DNA of 64,000 nt. It comes from Candidatus Obscuribacteraceae bacterium. Its GTDB lineage: Bacteria; Cyanobacteriota; Vampirovibrionia; Obscuribacterales; Obscuribacteraceae. Where the stretch lies: assembly GCA_044226015.1 (NCBI GenBank), contig JBGAHS010000004.1:1-64000 (forward strand), given 5' to 3'. The translations under genes were made by a program, and so were the position numbers. How positions within the stretch are numbered: the first letter of the stretch is position 1; each line of letters starts with the position of its first letter. Below are positions 46,394 to 55,561 of the stretch, one piece after another. The notes beneath the pieces were generated by a model. That model had not been told where the DNA came from. It saw nothing but the letters and a program-made list of their open reading frames with translations, and searched no databases.

Positions 46394-47599
46394 TTGAAGA
46401 AGTATTCCTTATTTCTGGCAGCTTTTGCTTTGATGCTTGCTTCGCCCAATATCTCCCTGGCAGAAGGCTCTAACAAGATTTCATTCAAAACCCTCTGGTC
46501 CGCGCCAAACACGGAAATATCGAGCGCAAGTTTTTTCAAGAATGGCAAGTCTATTCTGATCTGCAGGCGCGCTCATATGCCTGACGGACACGAGGCGGAA
46601 GCTTACGGAGAAAAGGAAATCATAGCGATGGATGCCCGCGCTAAGAAAGATCCTCGCTGGAATGATCCCGAAGTAGTTTCTATATCGATACCGCAGGGAA
46701 AAGCAGAGAAGATTGACTTTGGCTGGAATCCGGTCAGCTCGCGAGATGATAGCCGAGTGTTCTACTCAAGCCAGAAAACCTCTATCACGGGCAAGCGCGT
46801 GTTAGCGAAAACCCAGGAGATGAATGAAATTTGCGCTTATGATAATTTGACTAAGAAGATTTCAGTCTTGGCAAAACCAGCTAAAGGCTATCTCGATACG
46901 CCGATGCTGAGCCCTGATGGGCGAAGCTTAGCATACGAAATTTGTGATGTGGTAAATGGCGATTATGGTGGATGCGTTGGTTTAGGTTTGATTGATCTCA
47001 GTACCGGTAAATTCAAAGCTGGAGTAAAACCAGCAGAGCACCACAAGCTACCCGACTTGATTCGAACACCATTCTGGGCGGAAGATCAGTTGATTGCAGT
47101 GCGAGAAATTCCCTTGAAACCTGGTGTTTACATGTCCGATGCCTATGCCAAAGAAATTGTCAATTGCACGAATGGCGTGAAAGTTCTTTATAAAAGCAAA
47201 GCTAATTCTGAAGCCGATTTCAAAGCAAAGCTTTCCTCTGACAATATGATTGAGGTTTTTGACGACGAAAAGCATCTGAAACTTGATACTAAGACTGGTA
47301 AACAGATTCGGATTGAGGACCGTCGAACGCCTCCATACATTTATAGTCCTGACAAAAAGTTCCGTATTCTTCAAACCGATAACATTGAAGTGCAAGCTGT
47401 TAAAACAGGCAAAGTGATAGTGAAGCTGAAGAATCCGGTGGATCCTTCGGCTGACGGGTGTCTTGATCCACAACTCATCTGGTCTGCTGACTCAAGTATG
47501 CTTGCTCTAATTGTTGATAAAGCAAAAAATGTGAAAGGGCAAATGGTGTTCGATCGCAGCGAATTAAAAATTCTAGACCTGCGCAATGTGAAAATTTAA
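46394..47599 (+). CDS. secreted beta-propeller (TolB/PD40-like) protein
   Basis: TTG start after GGAGG; signal peptide; LSPDGRSLAY, YSPDKKF and WSADSSMLA repeats. Confidence 0.75.
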   Translation: MKKYSLFLAAFALMLASPNISLAEGSNKISFKTLWSAPNTEISSASFFKNGKSILICRRAHMPDGHEAEAYGEKEIIAMDARAKKDPRWNDPEVVSISIPQGKAEKIDFGWNPVSSRDDSRVFYSSQKTSITGKRVLAKTQEMNEICAYDNLTKKISVLAKPAKGYLDTPMLSPDGRSLAYEICDVVNGDYGGCVGLGLIDLSTGKFKAGVKPAEHHKLPDLIRTPFWAEDQLIAVREIPLKPGVYMSDAYAKEIVNCTNGVKVLYKSKANSEADFKAKLSSDNMIEVFDDEKHLKLDTKTGKQIRIEDRRTPPYIYSPDKKFRILQTDNIEVQAVKTGKVIVKLKNPVDPSADGCLDPQLIWSADSSMLALIVDKAKNVKGQMVFDRSELKILDLRNVKI

Positions 47600-47654
47600 G
47601 ACGCCGCGTGATGCTATCATAAGGTGGTTTAGCGCAGTCAGGTCAAGGCAATTC

Positions 47655-48647
47655 GTGAGCCAATTTGATGAAAATGAACCGGTAGAAGAAGTTCAATCAG
47701 CGGGTTCTTCGGAGATTGGTAGCAGTCAGGGGCTAACGATTAAAGTTCCTGCTGCTGTGGGAAATTTTGGTCCTGGTTTTGAAACCTTCGGTTTAGCTGT
47801 AAATCTCTATCTCCGTGTGTCCGTAAAGGTTCAGGCTCCGAGAAAAAAACAAGGTATTGAAATTGTTCTGAGGGGTAGTATCGCTGAGCAAGTTCCGAGT
47901 GACTCCACTAACTTGATTGCTAAAGTCATTGAACATGCCTGGCCGCAAGATCCTCGTCTCCTGTCGTGCTTGAGCGTCACTATAGAGTCAGGCATTCCAG
48001 TTTCTGTTGGACTGGGGTCGAGTGCCACTGCCACTATATCTGGTGTTACAGCAGCACTAGCGTTGAGTGGAATTCCTTTGGAAAAGGGACGAATATTTGA
48101 CCTCGTGTTGAAAGTCGAAGGGCACGCTGAAAGCGCTTGTGCCTCTGTTTTTGGGGGATTTACCCTCTGTGCTCCTAACATAATTCCGGGCGATTATCTG
48201 CCAAGGAAATTGGTCTGGCCTGATAAGTGGAAACTAATAGCGGTGATGCCGCAATATAAGGTTTCTTCCAAAAAGGCCCGGGCTGCGCTTCCCGCATCTG
48301 TTAGCTATAAAGATGCGATAATGAATGTTCAGAGAGCCGCACTGCTTGTAGAAGCAGTGGCAGCTGGCGACGATGAGGGAATGCGAGCTGCTTTGAGGGA
48401 TCGCCTGCATGAGCCTTATAAAGGAAAGCTTGTGCCAGAATTAGCAGATCTTAGAAAATACCTTCAAGAAAGCGATGCGCTGGGAACGGTACTTAGTGGA
48501 AGCGGTCCGACCATGCTGACAATTGTGAATGAACGCTACAAGACGGGTGTAATTCAACAGTTGGAGTCCTGGGTTGAAGGTCAAAAGACTCCATGCCAGC
48601 TTATGGAATTACAAGTTGATACAGATGGCTTGATTGTGGACTCGTGA
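47655..48647 (+). CDS. thrB: homoserine kinase
   Basis: VPA...NFGPGF, IPVSVGLGSSA, DRLHEPY and LSGSGPT GHMP motifs. Confidence 0.9.
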   Translation: MSQFDENEPVEEVQSAGSSEIGSSQGLTIKVPAAVGNFGPGFETFGLAVNLYLRVSVKVQAPRKKQGIEIVLRGSIAEQVPSDSTNLIAKVIEHAWPQDPRLLSCLSVTIESGIPVSVGLGSSATATISGVTAALALSGIPLEKGRIFDLVLKVEGHAESACASVFGGFTLCAPNIIPGDYLPRKLVWPDKWKLIAVMPQYKVSSKKARAALPASVSYKDAIMNVQRAALLVEAVAAGDDEGMRAALRDRLHEPYKGKLVPELADLRKYLQESDALGTVLSGSGPTMLTIVNERYKTGVIQQLESWVEGQKTPCQLMELQVDTDGLIVDS

Positions 48648-48916
48648 GCTTCCGGTAATCAGCGTCCCAATACGCGAAACAGTGTACGAAAATCCGCAAA
48701 AATTAGTACTCATAAACACTTTGGGCTGCACCATGAGAACAATTCCACCATTAACGGGCGTTAATGAGTGTGTGATTGAACAGTGTATCTTGCCAAAATT
48801 TTGCCACAATTAAATCACTGGGACCTTTTACTCATTAAATGAAATTCGCGACAAGCATCTACCTTGTTCGCGCGGCGTCGGCTCAGTCAATTCAGTTACG
48901 GGGAGCGGATTGGACA

Positions 48917-50116
48917 ATGGGCAACGAAAATGTTCGTGATAATTCTGAAGCAGCTGTGCGTGATAAATCCAGAGAAGGGTCTGAAGAAAGACAAGCAACT
49001 GGTGCATTGCAAGAACAAGCAAATGATATTCGCAAAAACGAAAGACCTTCGGCAATAGCTGCTGACGAAAAATCTCTCGGCTTGCCAACGCTTTCTCTCG
49101 TTGACACCACCCCTGGTGCAAAAGACCTCTTCGACATGCATCAGGGCGCTGTTGATAAGAAAACTGCTGCTGAGCGAGTTGATGATGTCAGAAACGGTGG
49201 TCAGAAGATATTAGACCCCGACAAAACTTCTTCCAAGCATCTGACGGAAGCACAGGAAAAAGATGGACTCGTTCAATCAAAGGAAGGACCATATCAGGTA
49301 GCAGAACGTTTGTTGGGTAAGAGTGCATCACAAGAAGAGAAGATGGCGCTAGTGAAGGCTATGAGAAGCCAGTACAACGAGGAGACTGCTAACAAAGATC
49401 CCCATATGAAGAGCCTTTCTGTTGGTCGCAGCCTCCTGAACGAGCAGAACTATGACAAAGTCATTGCTAATATCAAGGACGAAGCTCTCCAGAAGAGCGT
49501 AGTTTCTAAGTTAGAGCAAAAGCAAAACAACGAGCCAAAGAAAGTTGAGCCTAAGCAAGATGACCAGAAAAAACTCGAACCTAAGGTTGAGCCAAAAGTA
49601 GAACCAAAAGTTGAGCCAAAGGTTGAGCCTAAAGTAGAACCTAAAAAAGAAGATCCAAAAGACTCCAAAGCTGAGCCTGGCAAGGATGCTCCAAAGCCTG
49701 AAAAGGCAGAACCGGTAGAGCAAAAGCTTGGGCCGTTAGGCTCGAAGTTTATTCCAGTTACAGAGAAGCAACCAGAAAAATCCACTATTGCTTCAGTTTA
49801 CAGCTCCGGTCATACGACGGCTTCTACCCGTCATTTCAATCCCAATGAGCCTACTGTCGCCATCAAACCAGAGGTTGCTAAAGCCATGGGGCTCCGTTTC
49901 GGAGACGTTATAAAAATAACGCGCGGGGAAAAGAGCACGGAAGCCGTGTACACCGATGCTGGTCCGTTCGTTAAGGGACGCGCAATTGACCTTTCTACAG
50001 CTGTAGGACGAAGACTCGGAATTACTTCTGATGGTATCGGAATCGCTCCCGTTAAGTTCGAGAAGATCGGAAGAGAGCCAGGTTTCATGGGGCACTCCAA
50101 AAGAAAACGCCACTAA
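48917..50116 (+). CDS. RlpA-like double-psi beta-barrel (lytic transglycosylase-like) protein with long N-terminal extension
   Basis: C-terminal ASVY...TDAGPFVKGRAIDLS; KVEP linker; no Sec signal; start after GGGAG. Confidence 0.8.
   Translation: MGNENVRDNSEAAVRDKSREGSEERQATGALQEQANDIRKNERPSAIAADEKSLGLPTLSLVDTTPGAKDLFDMHQGAVDKKTAAERVDDVRNGGQKILDPDKTSSKHLTEAQEKDGLVQSKEGPYQVAERLLGKSASQEEKMALVKAMRSQYNEETANKDPHMKSLSVGRSLLNEQNYDKVIANIKDEALQKSVVSKLEQKQNNEPKKVEPKQDDQKKLEPKVEPKVEPKVEPKVEPKVEPKKEDPKDSKAEPGKDAPKPEKAEPVEQKLGPLGSKFIPVTEKQPEKSTIASVYSSGHTTASTRHFNPNEPTVAIKPEVAKAMGLRFGDVIKITRGEKSTEAVYTDAGPFVKGRAIDLSTAVGRRLGITSDGIGIAPVKFEKIGREPGFMGHSKRKRH
49571..49642 (+). repeat. 12-bp coding tandem repeat (K[LV]EP x6)
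   Basis: KLEPKVEPKVEPKVEPKVEPKVEP with synonymous codon variation. Confidence 0.85.
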
Positions 50117-50332
50117 GAAGCAGGTGAAAAGTGCCAGCAATGACACTTCTTTCCACGCGGTCATTTCTTGATGAAGGTCTGATTGCCGGTAGAGATTTCA
50201 TTTAGTTAATCAATTCTATCGTTGGCAACCTGAGCAATTGCAGCTCGTTCTTGGTTAAAGCATGAGAGCCATCACCGGGAATTGTGGAATAGTCTCAGAG
50301 TATAATCTCTGGGCTGATTGGAGTTGTGAGGA

Positions 50333-51421
50333 ATGACCGAACAGGGCGCAATTGCTCTACCTTCTGTGGAATCTCGAGTCTTTGGAGTACTCTCTGATGG
50401 AACCGAGATTCGAGAATACACATTGCGAAATTCTCGTGGGATGGTTTTGAAGGTCATAAATTATGGCGCTGTCATTACAGAGTGCCTGGTTCCCGATCTC
50501 CATGGTGAGACAGTCAACGTCTGTCTGGGTTTTGATAATTTGGAATCGTATGTTGCCAAACATCCTCGCTTTGGCTCAACCATTGGGCGATATGCTAATC
50601 GAATAAGTAACGCCCAGTTCAAGCTTGACGGTAAGACCTATAAGCTTGCGGCTAATAAGGGCACTAGTACCATCCATGGTGGCAATGTTGGTTTTGACAA
50701 GAAGGTTTGGAAGGTCGAAGATACTGGACACACTCCAGCAAATGCTTGGATAGAAATGAGCTACCTTAGCCCCGACATGGAAGAGGGGTTTCCTGGAAAT
50801 TTGAAGGTTGAGATTACTTTCGCACTAGATGAGAGCAATTCTGTTTTCATTAAATACAGAGCGAAGTCAGATAAGCCTACTCCTGTAAATTTGACTAACC
50901 ACAGCTATTTCAATCTTGCAGGCGCTGGCAACGGAAATGTCCTATCTCACGTGGTCAGTTTCAACTCGAATTTATACACTCCTTTGAATGACAGCCTTGT
51001 TCCGACGGGAGAAATAGCTCCTGTGGACAACACTCCGTTCGATTTCAGGCGTCTCACGAAGATAGGCGCTCGAATCGAAAAGGCAGGCGGGTACGATCTG
51101 AATTACATCATTAATGGGAGCCCTGGAGTCATAGGAAGCGCAGGTGCGGTCATCGATCCAGATTCTGGGCGTGTTTTGAGCGTATACACAGACCAGCCAG
51201 CCTTCCAGTTCTTTACTGCCAACTCTTTTGATGGCTCCATCGTAGGAAAGGGTGGCGCCTACAACGCCTATGCAGGATTTTGCATCGAAACTCAGCATTA
51301 TCCAGACAGCGTGAACCAGCCATCGTTTCCCAACACAATTCTGCGTCCCGAAGAAGAGTTTTCCTCAGTAACACAGTACGCCTTTTCAAATATGCCCCAC
51401 GGCTGGATCTTCTTCGAATAG
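50333..51421 (+). CDS. galM: aldose 1-epimerase (galactose mutarotase)
   Basis: GRYANRI, IHGG, NLTNHSYFNL and FCIETQHYPD motifs. Confidence 0.95.
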   Translation: MTEQGAIALPSVESRVFGVLSDGTEIREYTLRNSRGMVLKVINYGAVITECLVPDLHGETVNVCLGFDNLESYVAKHPRFGSTIGRYANRISNAQFKLDGKTYKLAANKGTSTIHGGNVGFDKKVWKVEDTGHTPANAWIEMSYLSPDMEEGFPGNLKVEITFALDESNSVFIKYRAKSDKPTPVNLTNHSYFNLAGAGNGNVLSHVVSFNSNLYTPLNDSLVPTGEIAPVDNTPFDFRRLTKIGARIEKAGGYDLNYIINGSPGVIGSAGAVIDPDSGRVLSVYTDQPAFQFFTANSFDGSIVGKGGAYNAYAGFCIETQHYPDSVNQPSFPNTILRPEEEFSSVTQYAFSNMPHGWIFFE

Positions 51422-51525
51422 TCTCAGCTGGCTGCTGTTTCTATAACCGCTTTCACGATTTCACAATCAGCTAACGTTGTGCGTCTAAATTGTTTAGAAC
51501 AGGGCACCGGAATTTGAGGTGAGTG

Positions 51526-52299
51526 ATGAGCGCTAAATATAGAAATAGAAAGAAAGGCAGAAGAGTAAACGGCAGTGTTCTTTTTGAGTCTGCAGCCGGC
51601 ATGACCGTTATTAGTATTTTCTTGGTGCTTGTTTCTGCCTTTGCGGTTAACACTTTCAGCTATATGGTTTATGGAGCAAAGATTCAAGTCATTGCAAATG
51701 CAGTTGCGAAGCAGGTAAGCAATCGTACATTCTGGTTGGGTGCTCGTCGCCCGCTATTTCAGCGCACCGGCAGTGGTCTAGCAAAGACTAGAGAACTTGC
51801 AAATGACTATGCGAAAAGACTTGGTGAAATTTACGGTTTGCCAATTTCTCCTGTAGTCACTTTTCCTGATGCGCCTGATGAACAGGTTAACGGTGTTGCG
51901 TTTACTCCTGTTACCGTGTCAATGTCGCAGATTCCGCTGCCGTTTAAGTTTCGTTCTATCTTTCCTGAGTTCTTTAGTGTTTCAGCAGTTGGTATCGCAT
52001 CCGAACAAGTCGATGCCCCTCCGGCGTTCATTCGGCTTGGATTTAAGCTAATAGATCCTTCTGTATCTAATCCCTCCGTTACTAACAACACGCAGGTCGT
52101 TATGATTCCCGCCTATGGTTTTCAAACCGACTCAGGACTGACAAGCGCCAATCTCGGTGGCACTAGTAATAACAATGATGTGGTAGGTAATCAGCCAGAT
52201 CCTCGCTACTGTTTGTGGGCTGGGATAAATGGACAACTGCGCTCGAATGCGCCATACATTACGGGACCGAACGGAAAACAAATTCTTTCGTTCAATTGA
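51526..52299 (+). CDS. TadE-like pseudopilin with extra C-terminal domain
   Basis: RRVNG|SVLFE class III signal, then TM helix. Confidence 0.7.
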   Translation: MSAKYRNRKKGRRVNGSVLFESAAGMTVISIFLVLVSAFAVNTFSYMVYGAKIQVIANAVAKQVSNRTFWLGARRPLFQRTGSGLAKTRELANDYAKRLGEIYGLPISPVVTFPDAPDEQVNGVAFTPVTVSMSQIPLPFKFRSIFPEFFSVSAVGIASEQVDAPPAFIRLGFKLIDPSVSNPSVTNNTQVVMIPAYGFQTDSGLTSANLGGTSNNNDVVGNQPDPRYCLWAGINGQLRSNAPYITGPNGKQILSFN

Positions 52300-52380
52300 A
52301 ATGTCCCTGGTGTCCGCTTTTTCGAGAGGGGATCTCTGATTGATTCTCAAATGAGTCCCAGAAACAAATCAGCTTTATTC

Positions 52381-52411
52381 AAAGAGTCCACTCAGCTGGA
52401 CTCTTTTCTTT
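52381..52411 (+). terminator. intrinsic terminator between the paralogues
   Basis: AAAGAGTCCA-ctcagc-TGGACTCTTT-TCTTT. Confidence 0.7.
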
Positions 52412-52523
52412 GGAATCGTTCTTTCAGAAAGAGCAGCTTATGTCACAGATGGCTAACGTTTCTCTGTTAACTTATTAACACTGAAGGGAATCTGAGGTGA
52501 GACGAATGCGAAGCAAGGGAATC

Positions 52524-53282
52524 ATGAGAAAGAGCCGAAAAAACAATGGCGCTACTTTAGCTGGAGTTGCTGCTGTTTTGTCGGTTGCTAGCGTTCTGTT
52601 TTTGCTTGTAGCTGCCGTCTGTTTGAATGGATATGCCTTTTACGACTACACTGGAAAAGCTCAAGTCATAGCAGAAGAGGTCGCCAAACTTGTTGGACGA
52701 CGTAGCTATTTTCTTGGCGCTGCACGTCCGCAATTTCAGGCGGCAAACGCTGGTGAAAGCCAGAAACTGGCTCAAAGCTATGCAGAGCATTTAGCGGATG
52801 TACTTCACATTCCACACTCTGCCGGTATCAACATCAAGGTACTATCGAACGAATTGCAAGATTCAAATCTTTCGATGACCAAGGTCCAGGTGGAGTTGAG
52901 CAATGTTAGTTTACCCGCCGATATCGCTGGCGTGCTTCCGAAGATGGCCGATATTAAAGCTGTTGGCGTTGCATCAGGTGCGTCGGAGGCACCCCCAGCG
53001 TTTGTTCGTTTTGGTTTCAAACTAATCGACCCTTCACAATCGAATCCATCCGTTACCGATGCTACGCAGGTTGTGATGTTGCCTGCCTACGGTTTTCAAA
53101 CTGATTCCGGACTGAATTTTGCTAACCTGGGTGGAACAGCAAATAACAATGATGTTGCAGGCAATCAACCAGACCCAAGTGCTTGCTTATGGGCTGGTAT
53201 AAATGCCTCTCCAGATGCCCTGCGATCAAACGCTCCCTATGTTACAGGACCTGATGGTAAGCGCATAACAGCGTTCAACTAA
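52524..53282 (+). CDS. pseudopilin-like paralogue of the preceding gene
   Basis: RKNNG|ATLAG plus TM helix; C-terminal ~95 aa highly similar to 51526..52299; start could be 52497 or 52506. Confidence 0.7.
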   Translation: MRKSRKNNGATLAGVAAVLSVASVLFLLVAAVCLNGYAFYDYTGKAQVIAEEVAKLVGRRSYFLGAARPQFQAANAGESQKLAQSYAEHLADVLHIPHSAGINIKVLSNELQDSNLSMTKVQVELSNVSLPADIAGVLPKMADIKAVGVASGASEAPPAFVRFGFKLIDPSQSNPSVTDATQVVMLPAYGFQTDSGLNFANLGGTANNNDVAGNQPDPSACLWAGINASPDALRSNAPYVTGPDGKRITAFN

Positions 53283-53311
53283 ACAGTTTTTTCTGGCTCA
53301 TCCTGCAGGTA

Positions 53312-53983
53312 TCAGATCTTGATCTGGTACCCGTATCCCCTTACGTTTAGTATCTGAATTTTGGAGCCGATTGAGCTAAGTTTCTCCCTAAGGCTTGTAA
53401 GAAATACTCGGATGGTACCGCTGCTGATATCAACAGAATCGGGCCAGGCAGTCGCTCTCAGTTCTTCATGAGCAATTATTCGCTTTTGGTTTGAAAAAAG
53501 CAATGCCAATACATCGCATTCTCTTTTGCTCAGTTGAATTGAGTTTCCGTTGCATGAGACCTTACTGGATCCGCTAGACAATTCGAGGTCGCCACAGGAA
53601 ATTGATCCTGGCTCATCGATAGGAGCCCTACGCAAAACTGCTCGAATGAAACCATTGAGTTCTAAATGGTCAATTGGTTTTGTAAGGTAACGATCGGCTC
53701 CGCTGTCAAATCCTTTAACTTTGTCAGGAGAAGAGCTTCTTGCAGTTAGCATTATTACAGGAGTTGCGCCGCCCGATTGTCGGTATTTTTGCAAGAGTTC
53801 AGGACCTGTCATGCCAGGCATTTCCCAGTCGAAGATCAAAACATCATAGTCGTATGTCTTGATAAAGTCCCAGGCTTCTTCAGCCGTACTGCAGCAGTCA
53901 ACGCCATGACGTTCTTGCTGCAAAATATCTCTCACAAGCTCTCTTGTGTCTTTGTCATCGTCAACGATCAAAACTTTGGCCAT
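53312..53983 (-). CDS. OmpR-family response regulator
   Basis: VDDD, phospho-Asp DWEMP, YLTKP, winged helix ending VRGYGY. Confidence 0.93.
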   Translation of the reverse strand: MAKVLIVDDDKDTRELVRDILQQERHGVDCCSTAEEAWDFIKTYDYDVLIFDWEMPGMTGPELLQKYRQSGGATPVIMLTARSSSPDKVKGFDSGADRYLTKPIDHLELNGFIRAVLRRAPIDEPGSISCGDLELSSGSSKVSCNGNSIQLSKRECDVLALLFSNQKRIIAHEELRATAWPDSVDISSGTIRVFLTSLREKLSSIGSKIQILNVRGYGYQIKI

Positions 53984-53992
53984 ATCAATTAC

Positions 53993-55444
53993 TCAAAGGG
54001 CTTCTATCTCAGCTGCAGGTACTGTGAACCAGAATGTACTGCCTTGAGAATTACTATCGACTCCGATTTTACCACCGTGCAAATCAACGAGCATTTTTGC
54101 AATCGGTAAACCAAGACCTGTGCTGCCTTTCTTGGAGCGCTTATCGTCTGGAACCTGCTCGTATGGAAGAAATATGACTTCTCTGAAATTCTCTGGAACG
54201 CCAGGTCCATGGTCCTGAATTCTTACTTTCAGAAAGGATTCTTCTCTCTCGTAGTCTATTTCTATAGCTGTATCTTTGCCAGTGAACTTAATTGCATTGC
54301 CGAGCAAATTGATGATTACTTGTGCTAGTCTTTCGGGATCAGCAACAATCATTTCATTGCAGCTCTCTGCCTTTAACTGCACACTCTTTGCTTTTGCGAT
54401 CGGCTCAAGTTCGTTGATACAGTCTTCAACCACATCATCGATTCTCACAGATGACAGAGTAAGTTTCAACTTTCCGGATTTCAGTTTTTCCAGATCAAGG
54501 ATGTCGTTCACGAGACCTGTTAGTCGTTTTACGACCCGGACTGAGCTCTCCAGTCTATATTCCTGATCATCATTCAGCTCCCCGTAAACACCCGAGCAGA
54601 GCGCGCCCAGTGCTAAATTTAGAGCTGCTAGTGGATTACGAAGGTCGTGGGTCACCATCGCCACAAGCTGTTCTTTTCGTGCTTCAATTTCTCGTAGCTC
54701 ATTTGTCATTTTATGAAAGAATCTGTCGAGTGCTGCCAACTCGTCTTTTCCTTCAAGCGGAGGATTGAGCTTTTCTCCAGACGGTAGTTTGTTTGTATTA
54801 TCGATAATTACGTTGAAACGTTTTGCGAAATCCCTGGCGAACAAAAGCAAGAGTCCTGCGCTCATCAACATGTTGATCAAAAAACCGCCGATAACTGCTG
54901 ACAGGAACAATGTTCTTCCTTGTTTGATGCTCTTGCTTTCGTCGTAACTGGTTCGAGTTCGTTGAGAAAGAATCGATTCAATATCGCTAAGCAGCTCTCC
55001 TACGTCACTCTGAATTTCAAGCGCCTTAAGCTGTTTGCTTCCAATTGAAGAGGCGTCGAGATCCATACTCTGTCTGACTTCTATAAGTTCTCCCAGAACC
55101 TTTTTCAAACTTCGTGAAGTCTTTTTTGCGCTTGCTCCTTCCACATTGTTTTGTGTGGCAAGCAAGTTCATTACCTCAGTTTTTCTCTCAAGCTTTTCGT
55201 AAACACTATCGAATCCCTTTAGAAATGTCTTGTCTCGTGAATAAGCGAAAGCTGAAATCATTCCGATTGCTCGATAACAAAGCGTGGAAGTCGTCATCAG
55301 ATCTGTAGTCTGATTGCGATATTGGAGGTCTCTAAAGTTGATCTGTTCCACTGTTCTAAAGGCGCCCAGAAGTACCAGTACAAATATGAACTGCGCCAAG
55401 ATTGGCGTAGCAAGAAGCAAAATTACCCGTTGAATAAAGGTCAT
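53993..55444 (-). CDS. sensor histidine kinase (two TM, HAMP, HisKA, HATPase)
   Basis: THDLRNPL, NLLGNAIKF, DHGPG and GLGLPI motifs. Confidence 0.93.
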   Translation of the reverse strand: MTFIQRVILLLATPILAQFIFVLVLLGAFRTVEQINFRDLQYRNQTTDLMTTSTLCYRAIGMISAFAYSRDKTFLKGFDSVYEKLERKTEVMNLLATQNNVEGASAKKTSRSLKKVLGELIEVRQSMDLDASSIGSKQLKALEIQSDVGELLSDIESILSQRTRTSYDESKSIKQGRTLFLSAVIGGFLINMLMSAGLLLLFARDFAKRFNVIIDNTNKLPSGEKLNPPLEGKDELAALDRFFHKMTNELREIEARKEQLVAMVTHDLRNPLAALNLALGALCSGVYGELNDDQEYRLESSVRVVKRLTGLVNDILDLEKLKSGKLKLTLSSVRIDDVVEDCINELEPIAKAKSVQLKAESCNEMIVADPERLAQVIINLLGNAIKFTGKDTAIEIDYEREESFLKVRIQDHGPGVPENFREVIFLPYEQVPDDKRSKKGSTGLGLPIAKMLVDLHGGKIGVDSNSQGSTFWFTVPAAEIEAL

Positions 55445-55561
55445 GTCTGCGGCTGATAAATGCAAAATTCACACGTTCTTAGTTAACTTTGCCCTGTTTT
55501 TGACACTCTAAATCGAGAATTAGTAAGCGTTTGTGGAAAGGAACTAAGAGGAGGAGCGAAC

